A stretch of 64,000 bases of DNA from Escherichia coli (GTDB lineage: Bacteria > Pseudomonadota > Gammaproteobacteria > Enterobacterales > Enterobacteriaceae), in the NCBI RefSeq assembly GCF_045037415.1, contig NZ_CP173438.1. One strand, given 5' to 3'. The first letter of the stretch is position 1. Each line of letters opens with the position of its first letter. Made by a program: the position numbers and the translations under genes. Below are positions 53,301 through 61,559 of the stretch, in pieces. The notes beneath the pieces were generated by a model. That model was given only the letters and a program-made list of their open reading frames with translations, was not told the origin of the DNA and searched no databases.

Positions 53301-53550
53301 TACTGCCAGCTTTGTGGGAAGAGAGGGCTTTTTCCAAACGCTCCAACAGCACCTGCTCGGCATTCACACCATGCAGTTTATTCAGTTTGTGCCAGGCATC
53401 TGGCTGGGTGGCCTTTACCCAATCCATGACATCTTGCGGGTAAAGGGCGCGTTGCTGGTCATAGTGGCAGGAATGGCCTTCTTTCCAGCCATTGTTCACC
53501 AACTGCTCGGTAATATATTGTTCAAAATGCACTTCATGATGTGCAGCCAT
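50314..53550 (-). CDS. hsdR: Type I restriction enzyme R subunit (1078 aa)
   Basis: Helicase motifs: Walker A EHSAGSGKT and DEAH-box variant IIDEAHTS; N-terminal nuclease-type region; start overlaps hsdS stop. Confidence 0.9.
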   Translation of the reverse strand: MAAHHEVHFEQYITEQLVNNGWKEGHSCHYDQQRALYPQDVMDWVKATQPDAWHKLNKLHGVNAEQVLLERLEKALSSHKAGSKTGGTINVLRKGFTIAGCGTIAMGQRKPEDARNEERIARYEHNILRVVRQLKYCPTREWEIDLVFFINGLPVATAELKTDFTQSLESAIAQYKEDRLPVDPKTKRKEPLLTFKRGAVVHFAMSDTEIAMATKLAGENTYFLPFNKGHDGSTSDLPVHINLPGEDGEYPVSYFWQEIAQKDNWLRIFYSFVYVETKEVADSNGKVERKETQIFPRYHQLAAVNKMIDDARQNGAGMQYLCEHSAGSGKTSTIAWTAHDLIRLRSTDGKAVFKSVIIVTDRTVLDSQLQDAVQQLDHQYGVIKAIDREKSSESKSKQLTEALLTGTPIIVVTIQTFPYALEAILTNQSLAQSNFAVIIDEAHTSQTGSTAKGLRAALTLNLSPQELEQMSIEDILTKVQEARAMPKNVSHFAFTATPKHSTKMLFGRPKDPNQPVSDDNLPESFHLYTQRQAIDEGFILDVLENYTHYDTAYKIGENNLDEKRVDSKQARRALARWMSLHPTTVSQKVEFIIKHFKANIAHLLEGEAKAMVVTSGRPQAVKYKLAFDKYIKKHGIEGIQALVAFSGKVPGKDLGDEDSQDPLEIDFDKEYTEYNLNPDTHGADLRHEFEKTEYRVMLVANKFQTGFNQPKLVAMYLDKKISDVEAVQTLSRLNRTYPGKDTTFVIDFVNDPQTILNAFKKYDKGAQLNEVQDVNVIYDIKDILDEQNIYNHQDLELFKQARGKSILGQSPDKKSHAHKKLLAATQRPTDVFNVKLKELVDAANHWDQQYNKAHLAGDEKAANYAESQRSDFTKQREALMRFKSDLARFVKHYSYMAQLIEFGDPELENFAAFAHLLSRRLKGVTPENIDLSALVLEKFKIKYDKEPLPEAFNQVLEPIRPNYNDPADREQAFLADIIRRLNELFGDVGDEPGRRNFANGTITRVTQNPIVVEQIEKHDKSIALKGDLPQAVKQAVVQALLKEGDIARTLLKDPQVMASYVELIFDMMKQGAEQAAVK

Positions 53551-54836
53551 TACACCGCCTCCCTGACGTCTATTTTTCCTGTGACAGCCGCGTTGATCAG
53601 CGATGTGCGGTGTTCTTTTAGAAGATCAATCGATTTATCAGTCTCTTGAATCAGTAAATCAATGTTTATCGTTGCTGCACTCAAGTAATTCGTTATTGTC
53701 TTTTGCTCATCAATTGGTGGGATAGCAATACTTGTATTAGCTAGTGAAGGAATGCTCAGGTTGTAGTTACCTACCGATGTTCTTGACTGAAATGTTAATG
53801 CTTGACGAACAGATAGTGAGTTCATCGCTTCCACTAAGAAGCTAGTATCCACTCCTTGCTTTGGTGTTAACTTTATTAGGTACGACGCAAATAAATACTG
53901 CCCATTTGAATCAAAAAGCGCGCTTTGGCCGACCAGATTAGGGTTACCGTTAGTTCTGATGACTAAAATGTCGCCTCTTGATAAAAGATAAGTTAAAGCA
54001 TCAACATCACTGATATTTGCATATTTGAGATCTTCAAAATCAACATTGGTACTCTTGATGTTTGGTATCCTGAGAACAGGATAGCCAACATCAGACTGGT
54101 TACAGTCTTGAGAGGTTCCATACATAAAGTTGGAGCAAATATGCTTTATCTTTTTGACTTCCCAATGCTTCGGCACTTGCCCAATCCACTCGATGCCAGA
54201 GTCCTGCATCTCCACATTGGGATAGAGCCCCTTTGTGACCACATGGCTGATCAGTGCTTGGCGTTTTTCTTTGAGCAGCTTAATAAAGGTCTGCTTTTCC
54301 TCGATCAGACTGTCGATGCGCTGGGTTTCGCGATCAAGGAATGTGCTAACCTGCTTCTGTAATGAAATATCAATCAGTGGAACAGGTATTTCTAAAAGAT
54401 CACCAGCTGTTAGGTTCTGACGAACTCCTCCACCCAGTTTGTTATAAATATTGGTTAGGTATAGAGCAAAAAAGTACCAGTAATAGAACCTTGGGTAGAT
54501 GCTATTTGAACTCGCTGAAACACGGATGTATGCAGGGCTCATTATTCCTCGTTCATGCACAATCCCCACTCGGCTAGTCTTTATATTTTCAAGATCTATG
54601 AGCTTAAAAACTAAGTCATCTTTTTCAAAAATCTGATAAACAGAGTAATCAGAAGATTGAAGTCCTTGTAAATCGTCTAACGAGCGGTTTATGACACCTT
54701 TCATTGTTAGTGCAAGACGATTAGATTCTTTCATTCCTTGATTGATTTCTTTGCTACTCGTAAATAAACGTTTAGCTGGTACTGAGTTCCATTTCGAGTC
54801 AGATACGAAAGCATCTACTATGTTGCCAGCATTCAT
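53550..54836 (-). CDS. hsdS: Type I R-M specificity subunit (428 aa)
   Basis: Two target-recognition-domain halves separated by conserved coiled-coil-like regions (LQKQVSTFLDRETQRIDSLIEEKQTFIKLLKEKRQALI); start overlaps hsdM stop. Confidence 0.85.
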   Translation of the reverse strand: MNAGNIVDAFVSDSKWNSVPAKRLFTSSKEINQGMKESNRLALTMKGVINRSLDDLQGLQSSDYSVYQIFEKDDLVFKLIDLENIKTSRVGIVHERGIMSPAYIRVSASSNSIYPRFYYWYFFALYLTNIYNKLGGGVRQNLTAGDLLEIPVPLIDISLQKQVSTFLDRETQRIDSLIEEKQTFIKLLKEKRQALISHVVTKGLYPNVEMQDSGIEWIGQVPKHWEVKKIKHICSNFMYGTSQDCNQSDVGYPVLRIPNIKSTNVDFEDLKYANISDVDALTYLLSRGDILVIRTNGNPNLVGQSALFDSNGQYLFASYLIKLTPKQGVDTSFLVEAMNSLSVRQALTFQSRTSVGNYNLSIPSLANTSIAIPPIDEQKTITNYLSAATINIDLLIQETDKSIDLLKEHRTSLINAAVTGKIDVREAV

Positions 54837-56815
54837 TACGCCACCTCATTCAGCAGAGCCTGAATGCGCGCTTCACATGCTTTTAGCTCACGATCAATCA
54901 CACTCAACTCGCGTGGTGGCACGTATTGGTAGAAATAGCGGTTAAAGTTAATTTCATAACCGACAATGCCCACTTCGCCGTCTTTTTCATCACGCACTGA
55001 GTGATCAATAAAGGCATCCGGTACATGTGGCAGCACCTCTTGTGCGAAGTAATCTTCAACGTCGCGGTCAAAAGGAATGCTTTCGGTGTCTTTGAGTTTA
55101 GGGTCGGCGATCACTTGGCCTTTTTCATCCAGTGCAGGCTCAAATTGCGGATCAATTTTTACAAAGTGCGCAGTTAAGGCCGTAGCCAGTGCTTTTGAGC
55201 ACTTACCAAAGTCACCCTTATTGTTATTCTTCTTAACCGCCAAACGTGCCCATTCATAAGGCTGAAGGCCAAGGTTATCGGTGAGGTATTGTACCCATGC
55301 CGCTTGTTGCTCTGGTTTGAGTTTTTTAAACGTATCTTGCTGCACAAATGCAGCAATGCCCGCAGCGGTAATATCTAGTTTGGCACGCAGTGGACGCTGA
55401 ATGGTGACTTTACGGTAGGCAAAATCAGTAGTCTGGAAGATCTTACAGTTGTCACTGGCTTCAAAGCCATCGTACGCACGGACAATATCGTCAATCTGTT
55501 CATCACTCAGGTACTTGCGCTTATCGCCTTGCGATTTACGCATGGGAGTCCAAATATCTGCCAAGTTAATCAGTTGCACCTGATTCTTGCGTCTTGGCTC
55601 TTTATGGTTAGTCAAAATCCAGATGTAGGTGCCAATGCCGGTGTTGAAGAACATATCGGTTGGCAGGGCAACAATCGCTTCGACTAAGTCTTGTTCTAGC
55701 AGCCAACGGCGGATTTCTGATGGGCCTGAGCCTGCATCGCCATTAAACAGTGGCGAGCCAGAAAGGACTATACCCACTCGGCCACCACCATTTTCTGGCG
55801 TTTCCATTTTTGATACCAAGTGCAGTAAAAACAGCATTGAACCATCAGAAATACTCGGCAGGCCTGGCCCAAAGCGTCCGGCGTATTTGAGCTGTTTGTG
55901 CTCACGTTCTACTTCTTTCTTGGCTTTTTCCCACTTAATGCCAAATGGCGGGTTGGCAAGGCCGTAGTGAAACTTGTCGGCACGTAACTGATCGTCTGAT
56001 AAGGTGTTGCCTTGCTTGATGTTATTGGCATCAAAACCGCGGATCATCATATTGGTCAGCGCCATGGCATGGGTCGCGGGGTCGAGCTCTTGACCAAAAG
56101 GCACGACTTTAGCGCTGCTGCCCATTTCTTCAATTTGGCTAATGGCATCGGAAAGGAAACCGCCCGTGCCACAGGTTGGGTCATAGATGGTGCGGATCAC
56201 ACCCTTTTCACTAAAGATATCTTCATCCGCCGCCAGCACCAGTTTGGTGGCAAGACGCACGGCATCACGCGGGGTCATAAATTCCCCGGCCTTTTCATTA
56301 ACCGAACTGGCGAACTTTAGAATCAGCTCTTCATAAGCATCTGATAATACGCGGTCAGACACTACATCAGGATGCAAGTCGAGGTTGGCAAAATGGTTTA
56401 CCATGCGATACAGCAACTTGGCTTTTTCCAGATCTTCTATGGTTTGACCAAATTTAAACTCATCAAAGATGGTACGAACGTTTTTGCTGAACTGGCTGAT
56501 GTAGTGTTCTAGGTTGTCGCCGGTGTCTGACGCGCCTAAGGTTTCTAGGCTATATTCACTGGTGTTGTAAAAGGCGAATCCCGCAATTTCTGGCAACACT
56601 AAACCAAGGTCTATGCCGGATTGTTTTTCGGCCAGATAGAACTTACGAACTTCCTCACGGGTGGGTTCTAACACGCATTCAATACGACGCAGTAGCAAAA
56701 ATGGCAGGATAATCCGCGCAAAATCGGTGTGTTTGAAATCACCCCATAAATCATCTGCCATACGCCAAATAGCACTGGAGAGTTTGGCGCTTTGTTCTTT
56801 GTCTTGTAAGTTCAT
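54836..56815 (-). CDS. hsdM: Type I R-M N6-adenine DNA methyltransferase subunit (659 aa)
   Basis: SAM-binding DPTCGTGGFL and catalytic NPPF (GLANPPFG) motifs; unusually long for HsdM. Confidence 0.9.
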   Translation of the reverse strand: MNLQDKEQSAKLSSAIWRMADDLWGDFKHTDFARIILPFLLLRRIECVLEPTREEVRKFYLAEKQSGIDLGLVLPEIAGFAFYNTSEYSLETLGASDTGDNLEHYISQFSKNVRTIFDEFKFGQTIEDLEKAKLLYRMVNHFANLDLHPDVVSDRVLSDAYEELILKFASSVNEKAGEFMTPRDAVRLATKLVLAADEDIFSEKGVIRTIYDPTCGTGGFLSDAISQIEEMGSSAKVVPFGQELDPATHAMALTNMMIRGFDANNIKQGNTLSDDQLRADKFHYGLANPPFGIKWEKAKKEVEREHKQLKYAGRFGPGLPSISDGSMLFLLHLVSKMETPENGGGRVGIVLSGSPLFNGDAGSGPSEIRRWLLEQDLVEAIVALPTDMFFNTGIGTYIWILTNHKEPRRKNQVQLINLADIWTPMRKSQGDKRKYLSDEQIDDIVRAYDGFEASDNCKIFQTTDFAYRKVTIQRPLRAKLDITAAGIAAFVQQDTFKKLKPEQQAAWVQYLTDNLGLQPYEWARLAVKKNNNKGDFGKCSKALATALTAHFVKIDPQFEPALDEKGQVIADPKLKDTESIPFDRDVEDYFAQEVLPHVPDAFIDHSVRDEKDGEVGIVGYEINFNRYFYQYVPPRELSVIDRELKACEARIQALLNEVA

Positions 56816-56882
56816 TGATACTACCTAAATGAAGTTAAATCGTTAAAAAAATCAGTGTATTGTTTGGTTATTATTTTGCGTT

Positions 56883-57389
56883 CTAGCTAAAGATGGCTTG
56901 CCAACGGCAAAATGCAGAACGATGTCTGTCGGTCCATTGGGTGCAAATAACATAGGTTTTTTCATCTCGCTGGGCCACTTTAGTGGTGGAGTAGCGGTTT
57001 CGCTCTTTGGCATCTTTGGCTGCACTGCGAATGTCTTCTGGCCGTGATGATTTAGCCAGTTTGAGCACGGGGAATGACAACCCAAAAATGTTGCGACAAT
57101 AGGTTAGCTGCGTGAGGTTTTCTATTTCACTCAGTGGTAGAGCATGTTCAACCAAGTCTTGGATAGCTTCGGTTATCTCTGCATTGCTGATATTGTGTTG
57201 CGTTTGTGCAACTTCCCGTGTCTCTACTTCATTTTCAAGAGCAACAGAAAACGGAAAACCTTTGGCTTGAACGGATTTAGCTAAAAAGACGTTAATAGCC
57301 TGCTCAATAGGTAAGCCCAACTCAGCAAAGATACTCGTGGCTTTTTCAAGCAGTTGAGGGTCTATATTGGTTGCCTTCATATGACTCAC
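56883..57389 (-). CDS. RelB/DinJ-like antitoxin-fold N-terminus fused to unknown C-terminal domain (168 aa)
   Basis: N-terminus LLEKATSIFAELGLPIEQAINVFLAKSVQAKGFPF resembles DinJ-type RHH domains; about 80-aa C-terminal extension unrecognised; 67 bp upstream of hsdM, same strand. Confidence 0.55.
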   Translation of the reverse strand: MSHMKATNIDPQLLEKATSIFAELGLPIEQAINVFLAKSVQAKGFPFSVALENEVETREVAQTQHNISNAEITEAIQDLVEHALPLSEIENLTQLTYCRNIFGLSFPVLKLAKSSRPEDIRSAAKDAKERNRYSTTKVAQRDEKTYVICTQWTDRHRSAFCRWQAIFS

Positions 57390-57652
57390 AAAACCTACAA
57401 ATTGTAATTTTTGTATCCTATAGGCTTTGCATTTTCACGGCTAGCAATAAAGTCAAAAAATGAGAAATAATTGATCTTAAAAAACTTAAAACAGGCTAAC
57501 AAATCAGCAGTTACACTTGTCATGCCCTGCTAGTGAGAGGATCTTATCACTTTCGATATTGATGCAATCAGGTGCCGCGATAGAGGAAGCTTGGTCAGGT
57601 AATGGTGCCAACTTACTGATTTAGTGTATGATGGTGTTTTTGAGGTGCTCCA

Positions 57653-57928
57653 GTGGCTTCTGTTTCTATCAGCTGTCCCTCCTGTTCAGCTACTGACGGG
57701 GTGGTGCGTAACGGCAAAAGCACCGCCGGACATCAGCGCTATCTCTGCTCTCACTGCCGTAAAACATGGCAACTGCAGTTCACTTACACCGCTTCTCAAC
57801 CCGGTACGCACCAGAAAATCATTGATATGGCCATGAATGGCGTCGGATGTCGTGCCAGTGCACGCATTATGGGCGTTGGCCTCAACACGGTTTTACGTCA
57901 CTTAAAAAACTCAGGCCGCAGTCGGTAA
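57653..57928 (+). CDS. insA: IS1 InsA (91 aa)
   Basis: Zinc-finger N-terminus CPSC...CSHC and HTH; IS1 InsA sequence. Confidence 0.9.
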   Translation: MASVSISCPSCSATDGVVRNGKSTAGHQRYLCSHCRKTWQLQFTYTASQPGTHQKIIDMAMNGVGCRASARIMGVGLNTVLRHLKNSGRSR

Positions 57929-58083
57929 CCTCGCGCATACAGCCGGGCAGTGACGTCATCGTCTGCGCGGAAATGGACGAACAGTGGGGCTATGTCGGGG
58001 CTAAATCGCGCCAGCGCTGACTGTTTTACGCGTATGACAGGCTCCGGAAGACGGTTGTTGCGCACGTATTCGGTGAACGCACT

Positions 58084-58350
58084 ATGGCGACGCTGGGGCG
58101 TCTTATGAGCCTGCTGTCACCCTTTGACGTGGTGATATGGATGACGGATGGCTGGCCGCTGTATGAATCACGCCTGAAGGGAAAGCTGCACGTTATCAGC
58201 AAGCGTTACACTCAGCGCATTGAGCGACATAACCTGAATCTGAGACTACATCTGGCAAGGCTGGGCAGGAAGTCACTGTCGTTCTCAAAATCGGTGGAGC
58301 TGCATGACAAGGTCATCGGGCATTATCTGAACATAAAACACTATCAGTAA
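58084..58350 (+). pseudogene. insB: IS1 insB, C-terminal part downstream of a premature stop
   Basis: Only the C-terminal 88 codons form an ORF; upstream insB frame contains TGA where I recall TGG in canonical IS1. Confidence 0.7.
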
Positions 58351-58366
58351 GTTGGAGTCATTACCA

Positions 58367-58594
58367 CTATTTTAATGGATTGTTAATCTTTGCATATTCA
58401 AACGGGCTGATACATTGTTCTCTGTTCGCATCCAGAAAATCTGCCCACCACTGTAGCATAAGTCGACGTTCTTCCAGATGTTCGGCTTTATGGATATACG
58501 CAGCACGTACACCATTACGCTCCTGATGGCTCATCTGACGTTCAGCCGCTTTATCTCGTGCTGTTCTGGTCTCAATACTTCCATGCCGTTGCAA
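58367..58594 (-). pseudogene. tyrosine integrase C-terminal fragment (P4-like), truncated by IS1
   Basis: 75-aa ORF ...YIHKAEHLEERRLMLQWWADFLDA... parallels the C-terminus of the integrase at 63036 (YNHAQYLDGRREMMQWYADYIDS); abuts the IS1 right end. Confidence 0.7.
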
Positions 58595-58762
58595 TTACCT
58601 CTTAAACCATTCCTTACCATTTTCATGTCTTCGATAAGAAATCTTCATCATGCATGATCGATTTTGTCGATCGATTCGATCGAATTTTCTCTTTTTACCC
58701 TGTCTTTTGCATGGTTTTAAAATAAGCAACCTTCTTTATCGTGTGGGTAAGAACCAACGGAG

Positions 58763-59518
58763 ATGATTGAAATGAAAAAGGTTATTGCTGTTTCAGCGCT
58801 TGCTATGGCGGGCGTATTTTCAGCCCAGGCTCTGGCTGATGAGAACAAAACTGGCTTTTATGTGACTGGTAAAGCCGGTGCTTCAGTTGTGGCTCAGACT
58901 GACCAGCGCTTCCGTCAGGACTTGGGGGAGGATGTTTATAAGTATAAGGGCGGCGATAAGAACGATACTGTATTTGGTGAAGGCCTTGCGGTGGGCTATG
59001 ATTTTTATCAACATTACAATGTTCCTGTGCGCACGGAAGTGGAATTCTATGGCCGCGGAGCTGCGGACTCCCATTATACACTGGATACATGGCATTCTCC
59101 GATGGGGAATGGTGGTCGGGAAGACACACAGAACAGGCTCAGTGTGAATACCCTGATGGTGAACACGTATTATGATTTCAGAAACAGCAGTGCATTCACT
59201 CCATGGGTATCTGTTGGCCTAGGTTATGCACGAGTACATCATAAGGCGACATATACTGATACCTCCAGGAATGAATCTGGCGAGATAAGTGATATTTCTG
59301 AGTTACATTACTCGGGATATGATAACAATTTCGCATGGAGCATTGGGGCCGGTGTTCGCTATGACGTAACCCCGGATATCGCTCTTGACCTCAGCTATCG
59401 CTATCTGGATGCTGGTAAATCCTCCCTGTCTTACAAGGATGCAGAAGAGGATAAATATAAATCAGAAGTTGACGTTAAAAGTCACGACATCATGTTTGGT
59501 GTGACTTATAACTTCTGA
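58763..59518 (+). CDS. outer-membrane beta-barrel protein with signal peptide (about 248-251 aa)
   Basis: Signal peptide KKVIAVSALAMAGVFSAQALA, alternating-hydrophobic strands and C-terminal ...GVTYNF typical of OM beta-barrels; ATG 58772 with SD ggag is an alternative start. Confidence 0.7.
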   Translation: MIEMKKVIAVSALAMAGVFSAQALADENKTGFYVTGKAGASVVAQTDQRFRQDLGEDVYKYKGGDKNDTVFGEGLAVGYDFYQHYNVPVRTEVEFYGRGAADSHYTLDTWHSPMGNGGREDTQNRLSVNTLMVNTYYDFRNSSAFTPWVSVGLGYARVHHKATYTDTSRNESGEISDISELHYSGYDNNFAWSIGAGVRYDVTPDIALDLSYRYLDAGKSSLSYKDAEEDKYKSEVDVKSHDIMFGVTYNF

Positions 59519-59692
59519 CGACACTGCTCCTGAGCGATAATTACACATATTCAGTAATTAAGATATTTATATATCTTCTGCAACTAAACAGAAATACCCT
59601 GCAGTAATATATCGCAGGGTCATTTGTTTCACAGGAGATTTCTGGTTTTTATTATGTTATTCTCTTTATAATAATATTACCGATATATTCCG

Positions 59693-61195
59693 ATGAATAT
59701 CAGAAAACTGTTTTGTCCGGGCAACACACCCCAGATTTTATTGTTTTTATTCTTTTTTATTGTTTCTGTAATAACCACAATTGCATGCGGATACACTGAG
59801 AAGAATGCCACAGGAAATGTGCTGCTTCTGTTTCTCCTTCTTCTCCTTGCACACAGAAATACCCTCACATCCATTACAGCGCTGTTATTTCTGTTCTGTT
59901 GTGCACTGTATGCGCCTGCCGGTATGACGTACGGTAAAATCAACAACAGTTTTATTGTCGCGTTGTTGCAGACCACAACTGATGAGGCAGCGGAGTTTAC
60001 CGGGATGATTCCTGTTTATCATTTTCTGGTCAGTGCCGCGATTCTGGTATTCATGGTGATTTTCTGGCGGACACATCACCGTGGTCACCGTAACTGGCTG
60101 GCACTGCTGCTGTTCGTATTATGCTCAGTAAACAGCTGGCCGTTGCGGATGGTTAAAGGAACTGTTGTGGGGACAACTGACACATTGCGTGAAATGCAGC
60201 ATTATAAACAACTGAGTCAGCACGGGGCTGACAACTGGAAAATCCTGCCGGGAACACCGTTATATGACACGATTGTGATTGTCACTGGTGAGAGTGTGCG
60301 CAGGGATTATATGTCGGTATATGGCTATCCCGTGCCAACCACGCCGTGGCTGAATACAGCTCCCGGTTTATTTATTGACGGCTATACATCGGCAGCAGCC
60401 AGTACCGTACCTTCCCTGAGCCGGACACTGATTTATGACTATGAGCAGAACCCTGATTCCGGCAACAACGTGGTGGCGCTGGCAGCAAAAGCAGGATACA
60501 GCACATGGTGGATATCCAATCAGGGAAAACTGGGAGAGCATGACACACGCATCTCTGTTATTGCTTCTGATGCGGAGCATACCGTTTTCCTCAAGAAAGG
60601 CAGCTTCGCTTCCCGTAAAACGGATGACATGTTGTTGTTACAGGAAACAGAACGTGCGCTGGCGGATAAATCCTCTCCGAAGGTGATTTTCCTGCACATG
60701 ATTGGCTCTCATCCGAATCCGTGTGACCGACTTAACTCCTGGCCGAATTATTACCTGGAGCAGTATCCCCGAAAGATTGCCTGTTACCTCGCCAGCATCA
60801 GTAAACTGGATAACTTTCTCGGTCAGCTTGATGGTATCCTTCGCCGGCATTCCCGTCATTTCGTCATGCTTTACTTTTCTGACCATGGGCTGTCGGTCAG
60901 CGACAGTGCTAATCCTGTTCATCATGATGGTCATGTGCAGGGAGGCTACAGCGTTCCCCTGATTATTACCGCCAGTGACATCACGTCTCATCAGTCCGTC
61001 AGCAGAAAAATCAGTGCCCGTCATTTCGCAGGTATTTTTCAGTGGCTGACCGGCATTCGTACTGAAAATATACCGCCATTCAATCCGCTGACAGACGAAG
61101 ATAATGAACTCATTATGGTTTTTAACGGAGACAAGAATGTACCGACAGACAGTCTTGAGTCACAACCTCTGATTCTTCCGGGCAAGGGAAAATAA
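59693..61195 (+). CDS. sulfatase-family phosphoethanolamine transferase candidate (500 aa)
   Basis: N-terminal multi-TM region followed by a periplasmic sulfatase-like domain (IVIVTGESVRRDY, HMIGSHPNPCDRL); EptA/OpgE-like architecture. Confidence 0.7.
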   Translation: MNIRKLFCPGNTPQILLFLFFFIVSVITTIACGYTEKNATGNVLLLFLLLLLAHRNTLTSITALLFLFCCALYAPAGMTYGKINNSFIVALLQTTTDEAAEFTGMIPVYHFLVSAAILVFMVIFWRTHHRGHRNWLALLLFVLCSVNSWPLRMVKGTVVGTTDTLREMQHYKQLSQHGADNWKILPGTPLYDTIVIVTGESVRRDYMSVYGYPVPTTPWLNTAPGLFIDGYTSAAASTVPSLSRTLIYDYEQNPDSGNNVVALAAKAGYSTWWISNQGKLGEHDTRISVIASDAEHTVFLKKGSFASRKTDDMLLLQETERALADKSSPKVIFLHMIGSHPNPCDRLNSWPNYYLEQYPRKIACYLASISKLDNFLGQLDGILRRHSRHFVMLYFSDHGLSVSDSANPVHHDGHVQGGYSVPLIITASDITSHQSVSRKISARHFAGIFQWLTGIRTENIPPFNPLTDEDNELIMVFNGDKNVPTDSLESQPLILPGKGK

Positions 61196-61559
61196 GAGTA
61201 ATGTTCATCACCAGGTTATGTACGATGAGTTTTCCACTGTTTATAGCAATTATCTTGCTAATAACCAGACAGGAGTAACCAGACCAGACCAACCGAAAAC
61301 ACCGGGGAGGTGATTACCCGCTGGCAGAGGAAATCCGGTTTTTTTTGATGTCAGCCATAACGTGTTTGACAATAAAGCATTATGAAAGGGTGTTAATGAG
61401 TCCATGGGATAATTCATAAAAATAATTTACTGTGTTGTCCTTTTCAAAAGAAATATTCAGAAGATAACCCCTGGCTGACAACCAGGGAAAGGGGACATTA
61501 ACAGTGTTATTATTGGTGGATAAATTATTACTTGTGTGCAGGATACACTAATGCGATAT

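Larger units (their letters stand above)
57598..58365 (+). mobile_element. IS1 (768 bp), likely inactive copy
   Basis: Ends ggtaatggtgccaacttactgat... / ...aagttggagtcattacc; insA intact; in-frame TGA at 58018-58020 in insB; no 9-bp target duplication. Confidence 0.9.

Noticed and set aside
50396-53649. Multiple plus-strand ORFs (60-165 aa) within hsdR and hsdS
   Set aside because: Antisense to genes with unambiguous helicase and specificity-subunit features.
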